Source: Bdellovibrionales bacterium (GTDB lineage: Bacteria; Bdellovibrionota; Bdellovibrionia; Bdellovibrionales; UBA1609). Taken from it: 64,000 nucleotides of DNA. Below the pieces are notes generated by a model. The model had not been told where the DNA came from. It saw only the letters and a program-made list of their open reading frames with translations, and made no database searches. Position 1 is the stretch's first letter; each line of letters starts with the position of its first letter. Shown in pieces: positions 39,935 through 50,076 of the stretch. The DNA is taken from positions 1,184,001 to 1,248,000 of the forward strand of contig OZ241456.1 of assembly GCA_965200875.1 (NCBI GenBank). The letters run 5' to 3'. The position numbers were made by a program, and so were the translations under genes.

Positions 39935-40603
39935 GTGTCTAAAACAATAAATAGCTTTCATAAGCAACAATCATATTATTCTTATCAGACAGATCACTCT
40001 GTCATTCGTGTTAAAGAGGTAAAAAGAAAACTCTTTAGAACTAAAAATAACAGCCGGAAAAAATCAGAACTGAAAAAAGCTTCTCAAGAGCTTTCCAAAG
40101 TTCTTTCTCAGCTGGATATATGGAAAAAGAATTTAACTGTGGCGACTTACCGTGCTTTGCCTAGTGAGCTGTCAACGGAAAGTTTTCAGCAGAAACACAA
40201 AAACAAATGTCGATTTGTTTTTCCTCAAATAAAGGAGAAAACAAATGAAATGAAGTTTGTTTTTGCAGATTTGTTGGACGATCAAAGCTGGGAGCCTAGT
40301 CCTTGGCTTGGAGGCTGGCAACCTTCCAACGAAGAAGAAGTGCCTTTACAGAAAATAGATGTGTTTCTTGTTCCGGGATTGGCTTTCGATCGGGAAGGAC
40401 ACAGGCTGGGCCGTGGCAAAGGTTTTTACGACAGAGTTTTATGTCAGGCGAAAGGCATTAAGATAGGCTTGGCGGGTGTACATCAAATATCAGACGAGAT
40501 TCTGCCAAATGAGAGTCACGATATTAAGGTGGATGCTGTCGTCACTGATTGTTTTTTGCTTGTTCCTTTAAAACACTCACAGTTTTTTGCAGAGGAAGTG
40601 TAA
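39935..40603 (+). CDS. ygfA: 5-formyltetrahydrofolate cyclo-ligase
   Basis: DVFLVPGLAFDREGHRLGRGKGFYDR. Confidence 0.95.
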   Translation: MSKTINSFHKQQSYYSYQTDHSVIRVKEVKRKLFRTKNNSRKKSELKKASQELSKVLSQLDIWKKNLTVATYRALPSELSTESFQQKHKNKCRFVFPQIKEKTNEMKFVFADLLDDQSWEPSPWLGGWQPSNEEEVPLQKIDVFLVPGLAFDREGHRLGRGKGFYDRVLCQAKGIKIGLAGVHQISDEILPNESHDIKVDAVVTDCFLLVPLKHSQFFAEEV

Positions 40604-40715
40604 CTTTTTGAGTTCAGATGAACCTGTAAGTAAGGAACATGATAAAAATGTTTGAATTGTTCTGGTTATCTCGTCCAAACGGGATCCTAACAAAGAGTAA
40701 AAGGAGAGCAGTAAA

Positions 40716-42293
40716 GTGACAGATTCATTTTGGGTTTTAGCAAGTGCCTTAACCGGTTTTTTCATGGGTTCTTTGGTTTTTATTTTTTATTTACGTATTT
40801 CTCAAGGACGCAGAAAAAAGAATATAAAAAAAGAAATGAACTTTATTATTAATCAGGCAAAATCTCAAGCTCTGCGCATTGAAAAAAATGCTCTTTCCAA
40901 AGCACGAGATACAGAGCGTAAACTAAAGAGTAAATGGGAAATACTTGCGCGTAAAGAACAGAAACAAGCGGAAGATATGAAGTATCAGGCAGAAAAGAGA
41001 AAAGCACGTTTGGAAAGAGAATTTAGAAGAAAAAAAGAGGATCTGGAAATTCAAATCAGGGATATGGAAAGAGAAAAGGAAAAAGCTAAAGTACTGGGAC
41101 GACAGCTAGAAAGAGCCTCCAAGAAAACAAATGAAAAAATAGAAGAATTAAATGTGATAATAGAAAAAGCAACAGGTTTAACGAAAGAAGAAGCGCGGGA
41201 GGAAATCAAGAAAAATATGGAAGAGGAAATAAAAAAAGAAATAGCACCTCAGCTGATGCGTATGTCAGAGGACCTGAAAAAAAAATCAGAACAACAAGCG
41301 AAGTTAATTTTATCTCAGGTGATTGCACGTTTCGCTTCAGAAGTTTCCACGGAAAAAACAATCACCTCCATTACTATTGAAAATGAGGAAACAAAAGGAA
41401 AGATTATAGGGCGGGAAGGTCGTAATATCAGAGCTTTGGAATCAGCCTGTGGAGTGGATATCATTATTGATGAAACTCAGGAGGCCATTCTTATTTCCTG
41501 TTTTGATTCTGTTCGAAGAGAAGTAGCCGTGAGATCCATAAACCATTTATTGGAAGAGGGAAGAGTACATCCGGCTCGAATCGAAGAGATGGTGAGCAAG
41601 ATTAAAAGAAACATATTTACTTCTATGATGGAAGAGGGAAAACAGGTTTGTTTTGACTTAGGTATTCATGATGTGAAACCAGCTCTTGTGGAAAGTTTCG
41701 GTTCTTTGAAATACCGTTTTATAGAGGGAAATAATGTTTTAAAGAGCAGTATTGAGGTAGCTCAGCTGGCTGGTTTGATTGCGGGTGAAATAGGTATTGA
41801 AGAGAAATATGCGAAAAGAGCTGGTCTGTTGCATGCTATCGGGTTGAGTGTGGATCATCGTATAAAGGGTAGTTACTCGCAAGTAGGTTCGGAATATGCA
41901 CGAAAACAGGGAGAATCAGAAGTGATTTGTCAGGCTATCCTTTGCCACAGAGGGGAAGTTCCGGCACAGTCTGTTTTGGATCATGTTGTACAGTCTGCTT
42001 ACAATTTTTCCCGTGAGCGTCCAGGAGCAAGACGAGAGGTGATAGAAAATTACATTAATAGAATGCAGGATATGGAATCTGTTGCCAACAGTTTTGACGG
42101 AGTGATTGGAAGCTTTGCGATCAGAACAGGAAAAGAAATTCGAGTGTTGGTGGATAGTGGAAAAGTGACGGATGAACAGGCTTTTATGTTAAGCAGGGAT
42201 ATCGCTCAAAAAATAAAAAAAGAAATGGAAGAAATTGGCCAGCTGATGGTGAGTGTGGTGAGGGAATGCAGAATAGTTGAACAAGCCAGATAA
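40716..42293 (+). CDS. rny: ribonuclease Y homolog with degenerate HD domain
   Basis: N-terminal TM, coiled coil, KH ([16 protein letters not shown]), RPGARRE; LLHAIG in place of LLHDIG. Confidence 0.93.
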   Translation: MTDSFWVLASALTGFFMGSLVFIFYLRISQGRRKKNIKKEMNFIINQAKSQALRIEKNALSKARDTERKLKSKWEILARKEQKQAEDMKYQAEKRKARLEREFRRKKEDLEIQIRDMEREKEKAKVLGRQLERASKKTNEKIEELNVIIEKATGLTKEEAREEIKKNMEEEIKKEIAPQLMRMSEDLKKKSEQQAKLILSQVIARFASEVSTEKTITSITIENEETKGKIIGREGRNIRALESACGVDIIIDETQEAILISCFDSVRREVAVRSINHLLEEGRVHPARIEEMVSKIKRNIFTSMMEEGKQVCFDLGIHDVKPALVESFGSLKYRFIEGNNVLKSSIEVAQLAGLIAGEIGIEEKYAKRAGLLHAIGLSVDHRIKGSYSQVGSEYARKQGESEVICQAILCHRGEVPAQSVLDHVVQSAYNFSRERPGARREVIENYINRMQDMESVANSFDGVIGSFAIRTGKEIRVLVDSGKVTDEQAFMLSRDIAQKIKKEMEEIGQLMVSVVRECRIVEQAR

Positions 42294-42298
42294 CTTTT

Positions 42299-43567
42299 GT
42301 GGATTTAAAGGGTTTTGGGAATGTGAAAAAAAGAGAAAGTGTTTTTATACAAAAGCCAGAAGAACAGCTGGAGGCAATTTGCCGAGGTTCAGTTGATTTG
42401 ATTTCAAAAGCGGATCTATTAAAAAAGCTGAAAAAAAGTTTTAAAGAACAAAAACCTTTGAACATTAAAGCGGGTTTTGATCCCAGTCGGCCTGATTTGC
42501 ATCTAGGTCATGCTGTCTTGTTAAATAAATTAAAGTTGTTTCAGAGTTTTGGCCATCAGGTGATTTTTCTAATTGGGGATTTCACGGCTCAAATTGGTGA
42601 CCCTTCCGGTTTGGATAAAACCCGGCCAGTTTTAAAAGAATCTGAAGTGGAAAAAAACGCCAAAACCTATTCCAGACAGGTATTTAAAATTCTGAACGAA
42701 AAAAAAACGAAAGTGTGCTTTAACTCCATCTGGATGAAAAAAATGTCGGCACAGGAGATAATTCACTGGGCCGGAAAATATACTGTAGCTCGTATGTTGG
42801 AAAGAGATGATTTTTCAAAGCGGTTTGAAACAAAACAGGCTATATGTATTCATGAACTTTTGTACCCTCTTCTGCAGGGTTATGATTCAGTTTTTTTAAA
42901 AGCAGATGTTGAGTTAGGGGGAACAGATCAGCTGTTTAATCTGTTGGTGGGGCGTGAACTGCAAAAAAAAGCTGGGCAGGAACTGCAATGTGTTTTAACA
43001 GTTCCACTTTTAGAAGGTTTGGATGGAGTAAAAAAAATGTCTAAAAGTTATGACAACTATATCGCTATTGAGGACTCTCCTTCGGAGATCTTCGGCAAAA
43101 CAATGAAACTGAGTGATGAGTTGATGATTCGTTATTATGAATTGCTGACAGACAAAAAAAGCCAAGAAATGGAACAGATTAAAAAGGATTTGAAGTCAGG
43201 TCAGGCACATCCCATGAAAGTGAAAATGGATTTGGCATACTTTTTCGTGGAACGTTTTCATGGTTTCCATTCAGCAGAAAAAGCAAAAGAAAATTTTAAA
43301 AATGTATTTTCCTTTGGTAAAGTGCCGGACGATATACGAGAACGCAAGGTAGCTCCTGCTGAGGATTTTTGGGTGTGTTATTTAATTTGTAAAGTTGGTT
43401 TTTCTCCTTCCACCAGTGAGGCACGGCGGTTAATTCAAGGTGGAGCTGTGGAGATAAATGGGGAGAAAATAAAAGACAGCAATTTAAAAATAAATTTGAA
43501 ATTGGGTGATAAATTTACACTGAAAGCAGGCAAGAGAAGATTTGTGCAAATAAAGGTGCAAACATAA
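42299..43567 (+). CDS. tyrS: tyrosine--tRNA ligase
   Basis: [31 protein letters not shown]4 domain. Confidence 0.98.
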   Translation: MDLKGFGNVKKRESVFIQKPEEQLEAICRGSVDLISKADLLKKLKKSFKEQKPLNIKAGFDPSRPDLHLGHAVLLNKLKLFQSFGHQVIFLIGDFTAQIGDPSGLDKTRPVLKESEVEKNAKTYSRQVFKILNEKKTKVCFNSIWMKKMSAQEIIHWAGKYTVARMLERDDFSKRFETKQAICIHELLYPLLQGYDSVFLKADVELGGTDQLFNLLVGRELQKKAGQELQCVLTVPLLEGLDGVKKMSKSYDNYIAIEDSPSEIFGKTMKLSDELMIRYYELLTDKKSQEMEQIKKDLKSGQAHPMKVKMDLAYFFVERFHGFHSAEKAKENFKNVFSFGKVPDDIRERKVAPAEDFWVCYLICKVGFSPSTSEARRLIQGGAVEINGEKIKDSNLKINLKLGDKFTLKAGKRRFVQIKVQT

Positions 43568-43586
43568 GAAGTTTTAGGAGAAGAAT

Positions 43587-44267
43587 ATGAAAGTCAAGTT
43601 TTTACCTCAAAGTATATCTGTGGATATAAAATCGGGGAAGAGTGTAATGGAATTGGCAAAGGAGAATCAACTCCCTGTAAGCTCTTCCTGTAATGGAATG
43701 TGCTCTTGTGCGGAATGCCGTGTTTACATAGTGGAAGGAGAAGCCCATGTACTGCCTCCTTCAGCCAAGGAAGTGGAATTAATTGGTGGAGGACATTTTA
43801 TTGATAACAGGCGATTATCCTGTCAACTATTTTGTTTTGGTGATGTAACTGTTGATTTATCCGAACAGGTGGAACGGGAAAAACAAGGTGGAATGATAAA
43901 AAAACAATTTTTAAAGCAAAACTCCAAAGACGACACGGAAAAAAGCTCTTCCGTGGGTGGTATTCTAGTTGAGCAGGATCAGGAAATAAATACAATTTCT
44001 GTTTCTGAAAAGGAATCTGATATTCCTTCAAAAGATGAGTTTTACCGAAAAGGGAAAAGAAAAGATGAAAAAAGCCGGGAAAGAAAAAAATGGAATAGAC
44101 AAAATAATTCTTCATTTGAGTTTCAAAGTGGCAATATAAAAAGACATAAAAGAAGCAGGAGGAGCTACAGATCTGGAGACAAAGAATATAGTGCAAAAGA
44201 AAACAATGGATATAGCTCGACTGAAAAAAAGTATAATCAAAAAAAAAATAAATTCCACAAAAAATAA
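43587..44267 (+). CDS. 2Fe-2S ferredoxin-domain protein with basic tail
   Basis: SSCNGMCSCAEC...RLSCQ. Confidence 0.85.
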   Translation: MKVKFLPQSISVDIKSGKSVMELAKENQLPVSSSCNGMCSCAECRVYIVEGEAHVLPPSAKEVELIGGGHFIDNRRLSCQLFCFGDVTVDLSEQVEREKQGGMIKKQFLKQNSKDDTEKSSSVGGILVEQDQEINTISVSEKESDIPSKDEFYRKGKRKDEKSRERKKWNRQNNSSFEFQSGNIKRHKRSRRSYRSGDKEYSAKENNGYSSTEKKYNQKKNKFHKK

Positions 44268-44277
44268 CTCAAACACA

Positions 44278-46740
44278 TCAGGGAGAAAAATTCACATCAT
44301 CTGAATAAATCCACATCTGCTCCTTATTTCTTTCAGAACACTTTGTAATATCCGAAGTTTCTTCCTGAACACTCTTTTGAGCTAAAAAACCCTTAACAAT
44401 AACAGAGAATACCTTTGTTAATTTCGCACGATCCAAGTATAAATCCCAATCCCACATTTTAAAAGTATGTAATTGTATCCATGAAAATATATTGTCATAC
44501 CAGTTCAATGAGTTACTGGCCGGGAGCTGTGTTTTGGCAACAGTATAAGCATATACTGCTTCCACCAAAGCATCTGACGATTGACAGTGCATATACACCA
44601 GCGAACGAGATAAGTATCCTTTAAAAGCGGGAAAAGCACTCATTGTTTCCTCACCCTGCAACATCAAATCCTTATTTGCATCATAACGATTAATAGTTGT
44701 TTCCACAAAGTAAACTGCCATAATAGCATTTTTTAAATTACTTTTCGTCCAACTAGTGGCGTTTTGATACTCTGTGTTTGTTTCGTATGAAATTTCAACA
44801 AGAGCTTCCACTAAATTCTGCGTTTGCTCCTTACTCATTTTTGCTAGGACTGTTTGCAGATCCGGCATATTGCCCATATACTTTTTTAATAAGCCCGAAA
44901 AATGAAGTCGAACGCACTCCAAATCATACCTTTCCACATCCCATTCGAACATATCAGATTCATCCACATCCTTCCCACACAGCTGAAAAAGATCTGTGTC
45001 TATTTCTACAAGAGAAAACCCGAAAGAAAAAGCATAAGCTAGGTATTCAACAACTTCATTTGCCGTAAGATATTCTTCCTTTTGCCAGTTATGATCAAAT
45101 CCTTTCGTGCTGGGTGTTAATATGTTGGACGCTATAAATTCAGGTTCGCCAGCTTGCAAAGCATATTGCTTGTTTATTTTTTGAAGCAAACCCAGATTTT
45201 CCCCAATAATCTGAAAGTCACTAAAAAAATCTGCTAACTCTTTACTTGTCATACCAGGGCTTGCAGGATAGTCTTTTTCATATCCCATTCTCATCATCAT
45301 GGCGATAAAATGAAAAAAGTTATAAATCGTCATGTTTTTATAATCTATTTTGAGGTTGGCTTTTGTGTAAAACTCACCGGATAAATATATTTTTGGACCT
45401 GTTCTATAAAGAGGCTTAAGCAAAAACATCTGCGCCATAAGATGCTGTCCTTCCAAAAAAGATTCAGAGGATGGAAAAAAACTCGCCATTTCTGAAAAGT
45501 TATTAATATTTTCCTGAAAAGAGTTTTTACGAAATATCTCATCCAAAAAAGTCTGTATCCCTATCCACGGCTGAATAGCCTGATGAATTTTTTTCAGATG
45601 ATCAGGAGTAAATTCAATAGTTCCATATCTGCTTTTTTGTGTATTAAATATCTTTCCAAACAGAATCAAAAATATATTTCTTGTGGCTTTGGTTTTTAAC
45701 TGTTTTGTCATTATTCCCGCTTGTTTGAAATGCTCCGCGACTTTTAAAAACTCAGTTTCACCAATACGATGCTTTGGATGATTTTTTACGGCAAGAGATA
45801 AAAAATCCAATGAATCTTTAAGCATCATGGCGATATATCGCATTCCATCTGGAGAAATAAAAAGTTGTTGTTTCTTTAAAAAAAGATAATTAACTGTCAG
45901 AGAAACAAGATAAGAAGATCCCATGAGAAAGCTCTCCCATTCTTGGGGTTCAATAACTTCTGCTGATCCACCAACCATGAACTGTTTTAAAATCCCAATC
46001 AGTTGTATTTTTTCTTTCAAAAGAGACACATCATATTGAGGGTTGAAAAAGAAACCCAATTCCCGAACCAAAATTTTCATATCCTCGAAACGATAAGGGT
46101 TGGAAAATCGTTTTATAAAAACAGAAATACGACTGACTGACTCCTTTAAATCCTCTTCAATTTCAATTTTATCAAGCAATTTTTCATTATTGTCACTTTC
46201 CATCTCCTGCCTGTCTGACATATTTAACGCACGAATATAGGGTTGAAAGAAGACAACTTCTTTCTTTAAAACATCCACAAAAGTAATAAATCTCTCTATA
46301 TCTGATATAGTTAATTTATCTCCTGCTCCTCCGATGATAATTTGTTTTAAACGAACCAGCTGGGATAGCAAAGTGTTATTAATAACCTGATCCTGCAGGA
46401 ACAAATCCTGAATAAACTTTCTCAATTCCTGAGGAGTAAATTCCCCTTTTTTATGTCCTCTCACACGATCCTTAAAAAGCACCAACGCTGTCCTAGCACA
46501 GTTAAATACTTGATTAATCTGCTCATCAGCAAGGCGACCTTTCAGATAAAGCTCTATTTTTTTATTCATTCCATTTAAACAGCCAGAGGAAAAACTTGTA
46601 ATATTCATGGATGAAGTGTCTTCCCCCACCCGCAAACTGCAACCAAGCGCGCTCAAAGCCATAGCTAAAAATAAGATTTTCAGAGTCAAAATTATTTTTG
46701 AGGTTATTTGTCCTAAAATATATATTTTCTGTAATTTCAT
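44278..46740 (-). CDS. large hypothetical lipoprotein with EF-hand-like motif
   Basis: Lipobox ALGC; YDANKDLMLQGEE; paralog of 50051-52282. Confidence 0.75.
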   Translation of the reverse strand: MKLQKIYILGQITSKIILTLKILFLAMALSALGCSLRVGEDTSSMNITSFSSGCLNGMNKKIELYLKGRLADEQINQVFNCARTALVLFKDRVRGHKKGEFTPQELRKFIQDLFLQDQVINNTLLSQLVRLKQIIIGGAGDKLTISDIERFITFVDVLKKEVVFFQPYIRALNMSDRQEMESDNNEKLLDKIEIEEDLKESVSRISVFIKRFSNPYRFEDMKILVRELGFFFNPQYDVSLLKEKIQLIGILKQFMVGGSAEVIEPQEWESFLMGSSYLVSLTVNYLFLKKQQLFISPDGMRYIAMMLKDSLDFLSLAVKNHPKHRIGETEFLKVAEHFKQAGIMTKQLKTKATRNIFLILFGKIFNTQKSRYGTIEFTPDHLKKIHQAIQPWIGIQTFLDEIFRKNSFQENINNFSEMASFFPSSESFLEGQHLMAQMFLLKPLYRTGPKIYLSGEFYTKANLKIDYKNMTIYNFFHFIAMMMRMGYEKDYPASPGMTSKELADFFSDFQIIGENLGLLQKINKQYALQAGEPEFIASNILTPSTKGFDHNWQKEEYLTANEVVEYLAYAFSFGFSLVEIDTDLFQLCGKDVDESDMFEWDVERYDLECVRLHFSGLLKKYMGNMPDLQTVLAKMSKEQTQNLVEALVEISYETNTEYQNATSWTKSNLKNAIMAVYFVETTINRYDANKDLMLQGEETMSAFPAFKGYLSRSLVYMHCQSSDALVEAVYAYTVAKTQLPASNSLNWYDNIFSWIQLHTFKMWDWDLYLDRAKLTKVFSVIVKGFLAQKSVQEETSDITKCSERNKEQMWIYSDDVNFSP

Positions 46741-46768
46741 TTTTCTTCTTCAGTCTAAAAATTTAAAT

Positions 46769-48196
46769 TTAATCAATGAGATAAGTCACTTTAATTTTAA
46801 CGCGATCATTATGCTTATAGGAATTAAAAAAACTATTTTGTTTTATATTATTAGCACCCAAAATATCAAGTTTTGATTCAACAACCCAATGAGGAGTGAT
46901 ATGCCACTTTAAAAATGTATTCAACCACCCACCCTCTTCAGGAAGAGAATGCCAATAACTCACACCAAATGAAAAAGCCTGTTTTTTCCAATGAAACTCC
47001 TTGCTATGGACGGATACGGAAAACCCTCGATAGAGTTTAAAGCGGTTCACATTCATATCCAGCTCCAAACTGTCTGACCCAACAGAATCTGTGTGATCCT
47101 TTTGCTCCATAAAGCGCGAGTAAAGAAAATTAACATTCAATGACTGAATGGGCCAATGGTATTTGCCAAAATTCAATTCCATATAAGTGGAAAAAAATAA
47201 AGCCTGTGGCAAAACTGGCACAATCCAATCTTTCGGCACTTGAGGTCTTCGAGGCACTTCCTGAGTAACTGAAAACACAGTTTTTAAAATATCTTTTTTC
47301 ACTCCAAAATCCACAGAAAACAAAGAATGTTTAAAAGACTGATAATGAATAACACTATTAACCGCTTTTTTATCTATAGAAAACCCACCATCAACCTTAA
47401 AATAAATTTGATTCACTGGTTTGTAACCATAAGCCAAACTAAACCACTCACTATCCTTGCTCCCAAAACGAAATCTGGCAGACACGCTGTCATTTAAAAC
47501 CACATTTTTCAAATAGGGCTTTCTGAGCCAGTAAAAAGCTTCAATTTTCTGGCTAAAAAGTACAAACTCAGATTGAGGGGGAATAAACCACCGGTTCGCC
47601 GATTTAACTTCCCCTTCTTTAATCTCAACAGAAGGACCTTGATCCGGCATAAACAAACCAGACAAAAATAAAGTAAATAACCATCGCTCTTTCCCGATCG
47701 TAAAAAAAGCTCCTGTTAAACCTTTTTGTTCAGACTCCAGATAATCCCAATTAATTCTCCCTTCCCATAAACCTAATTGCCATACTTCATCCATCACACT
47801 CCAAGACTCAGAGGAAAACCACCTAGAGTTTGCACCACTTTCTGGCTTTTCAGGTTTTATAATATTATTTAATCCCGTTTGGCGTCCCAAAACAAAATTA
47901 AAGTCATAACCATTCAAAACTTCTGATAATACATAGCCCATAAATAAATTAGGAGCAGTTATATAATTTTGATTGCTCTCATCCACGGAAAAAAGAGACT
48001 TTATTTCTGCGTTATAAAACCAAGAATTCCAGATATCCTTGTGCAAAAAATGCAAGCCTATATCCATGTAATGATCTAACTGTCCCTCTAAATTACTGGA
48101 TGTAAGATAAGTGGAATACCTGAAAGACAGATTAAACCGCGCTTTTGCCGAAGAAATAAAAAATAAAATACACAAAACAAATAAATATCTATACAA
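46769..48196 (-). CDS. probable outer-membrane beta-barrel protein
   Basis: Signal peptide, aromatic-rich alternating strands, C-terminal RVKIKVTYLID; paralog of 48556-50076. Confidence 0.65.
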   Translation of the reverse strand: MYRYLFVLCILFFISSAKARFNLSFRYSTYLTSSNLEGQLDHYMDIGLHFLHKDIWNSWFYNAEIKSLFSVDESNQNYITAPNLFMGYVLSEVLNGYDFNFVLGRQTGLNNIIKPEKPESGANSRWFSSESWSVMDEVWQLGLWEGRINWDYLESEQKGLTGAFFTIGKERWLFTLFLSGLFMPDQGPSVEIKEGEVKSANRWFIPPQSEFVLFSQKIEAFYWLRKPYLKNVVLNDSVSARFRFGSKDSEWFSLAYGYKPVNQIYFKVDGGFSIDKKAVNSVIHYQSFKHSLFSVDFGVKKDILKTVFSVTQEVPRRPQVPKDWIVPVLPQALFFSTYMELNFGKYHWPIQSLNVNFLYSRFMEQKDHTDSVGSDSLELDMNVNRFKLYRGFSVSVHSKEFHWKKQAFSFGVSYWHSLPEEGGWLNTFLKWHITPHWVVESKLDILGANNIKQNSFFNSYKHNDRVKIKVTYLID

Positions 48197-48555
48197 AAAA
48201 CCTCCAAAATCTCTAAAACCTCAAAAAACCGGTTACAAAAAAAAATTCCTTTTAAAAATACACTGAATCTCAAATCCTCTGAATCCAGTGGCCAAAATTG
48301 ACTAAAAACTAAACCAACATAAAAAAATTACACTCTAACTGGCCTAATCAAACTTAAAAACAATTAAAAAATTTACAATTATCGCAGATTCATCAATAAT
48401 CCAAGATAACTTATGCTCAAATTAACAATGACTACAATATGCAATATGTTGAAAATTACCGTATTTTCAAAATCCTTTTCCGGGAGAAGTAAAATATACA
48501 GAGTTTTCAACATAAAAAAGTAAAAAATCAGTGTTATTTTATACAGTCACATAGA

Positions 48556-50076
48556 TTGATAAAAAATAGAAAAACCATTATCAGGAGTACTAATTTGAAC
48601 AATCGTATATTTTTTTCCGGGTTTTGTGCTCTTTTCTGTCTGATTTGTTCCATAAATGGGCTGGCTTTTCCCTGGCCCTCGAATAAAGAGTCCCAGACAG
48701 AGAATAAATCTCAAAAAAGGGATGAATCTCGATCAAAAAATGAATCTCAAGCAAATAAATCAGAATTTTATAAATTTCAAATTAACACTCAAGCCATGAA
48801 ATTTTTTACTGAAGATCAAATACGATATTTCACAAGTGCACATTTACGGCTACAGCACCCCATATTTGCCATAAAAGCCAGCTACACCTACAGTATTTAT
48901 GAAAACCACCACTATTTTCGACCTTATCAGTTTCACTTAAACTTCAAAAGACCGGATGGAGAGTGGATTATTGGCAGACAGCCAATGGAATGGGATTGGG
49001 CGGATTCTTTCTGGAACAGAGGTTTGTGGCAACCAGCCTATACTGATGATGCTCTAAGGCCTGAATGGGCAGGCTTAACTGGATTATTTAGGGATTTCAA
49101 CTTTAAAGGAGGAAAAACAAGCCTGTTTGGCTCTTTTATTTTTCTCCCTGATTTTCCTCCCCCTTTCAAAAACGAAAACGGGAAAATCACTTCTGACAAT
49201 CCCTGGTTCACCCCTCCTCCTTCGGGAAAAATAGGCAATAGTAATTTCGTGCCTGCTTACAAAATGAAAGAGTTGTCTTTCATGGACTTTTTTAAGCTGT
49301 CTTTGGGAATAAATGCGGAATATGAAGGTTTTTATCTCTCTTATGCCTATAAGCCCATGAACAAATTAAAATTAAAGGGACTTTTTTTGATGCGTTTGCA
49401 GGAAAATTTGAAAGGTAGCTTTAAAGATGGCTATTTAATGGATGTCCCGGTGGAAACAGTAATGCTCCACCACCATCTTTTTAGTGGAGGATTCACCTTG
49501 GACAGTTCAAGTCAAAAAAGTAATGCGCAACAAAACACAAATTACCGACTGAAAACCTCTTTTACCTACAATCACCCTGAAGAGTATATTTTGGAAAATA
49601 AAAGCTGGGTTTTTTTTCAACCTCGGAACGAATGGCACATTTCCGTTAAAGGGGAAATTCATGTGAAAGATCCTTACGAAGAAACCACCTTGCATGCAGG
49701 ATATACTCATCAGTTTTATCCCGCTGAGGAAAAAAAGAATCTTTTATCAAAAGTTTTTCCAGGTATAGAAAAGCAATTCTTTCGTGATGACCTGTTCCAG
49801 TTTTCCCGATCAGCCAGTGTAGGTATTAATCACAAAATACAATTTGAAGACACACAAGAAATACAAATCAAAATCCGACTTATTTATCACTTATTGAAAG
49901 ATTATTTTCTTTTCTCTGCTCACTTCGCCTGGACACTCGATGGAGCTTTTTCTGTTTTTCTTTCCAGTGACTTGATTTTCTCTGAATTTCCCTTCTCCGC
50001 TGAACAAACACAAGAGGATATAGGAGTATACACAAATAAAAGCCGAATCTTTGGAGGGATTAGCTATGACTTTTAA
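48556..50076 (+). CDS. probable outer-membrane beta-barrel protein
   Basis: Signal-like N-terminus, C-terminal RIFGGISYDF beta-signal; start uncertain. Confidence 0.7.
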   Translation: MIKNRKTIIRSTNLNNRIFFSGFCALFCLICSINGLAFPWPSNKESQTENKSQKRDESRSKNESQANKSEFYKFQINTQAMKFFTEDQIRYFTSAHLRLQHPIFAIKASYTYSIYENHHYFRPYQFHLNFKRPDGEWIIGRQPMEWDWADSFWNRGLWQPAYTDDALRPEWAGLTGLFRDFNFKGGKTSLFGSFIFLPDFPPPFKNENGKITSDNPWFTPPPSGKIGNSNFVPAYKMKELSFMDFFKLSLGINAEYEGFYLSYAYKPMNKLKLKGLFLMRLQENLKGSFKDGYLMDVPVETVMLHHHLFSGGFTLDSSSQKSNAQQNTNYRLKTSFTYNHPEEYILENKSWVFFQPRNEWHISVKGEIHVKDPYEETTLHAGYTHQFYPAEEKKNLLSKVFPGIEKQFFRDDLFQFSRSASVGINHKIQFEDTQEIQIKIRLIYHLLKDYFLFSAHFAWTLDGAFSVFLSSDLIFSEFPFSAEQTQEDIGVYTNKSRIFGGISYDF

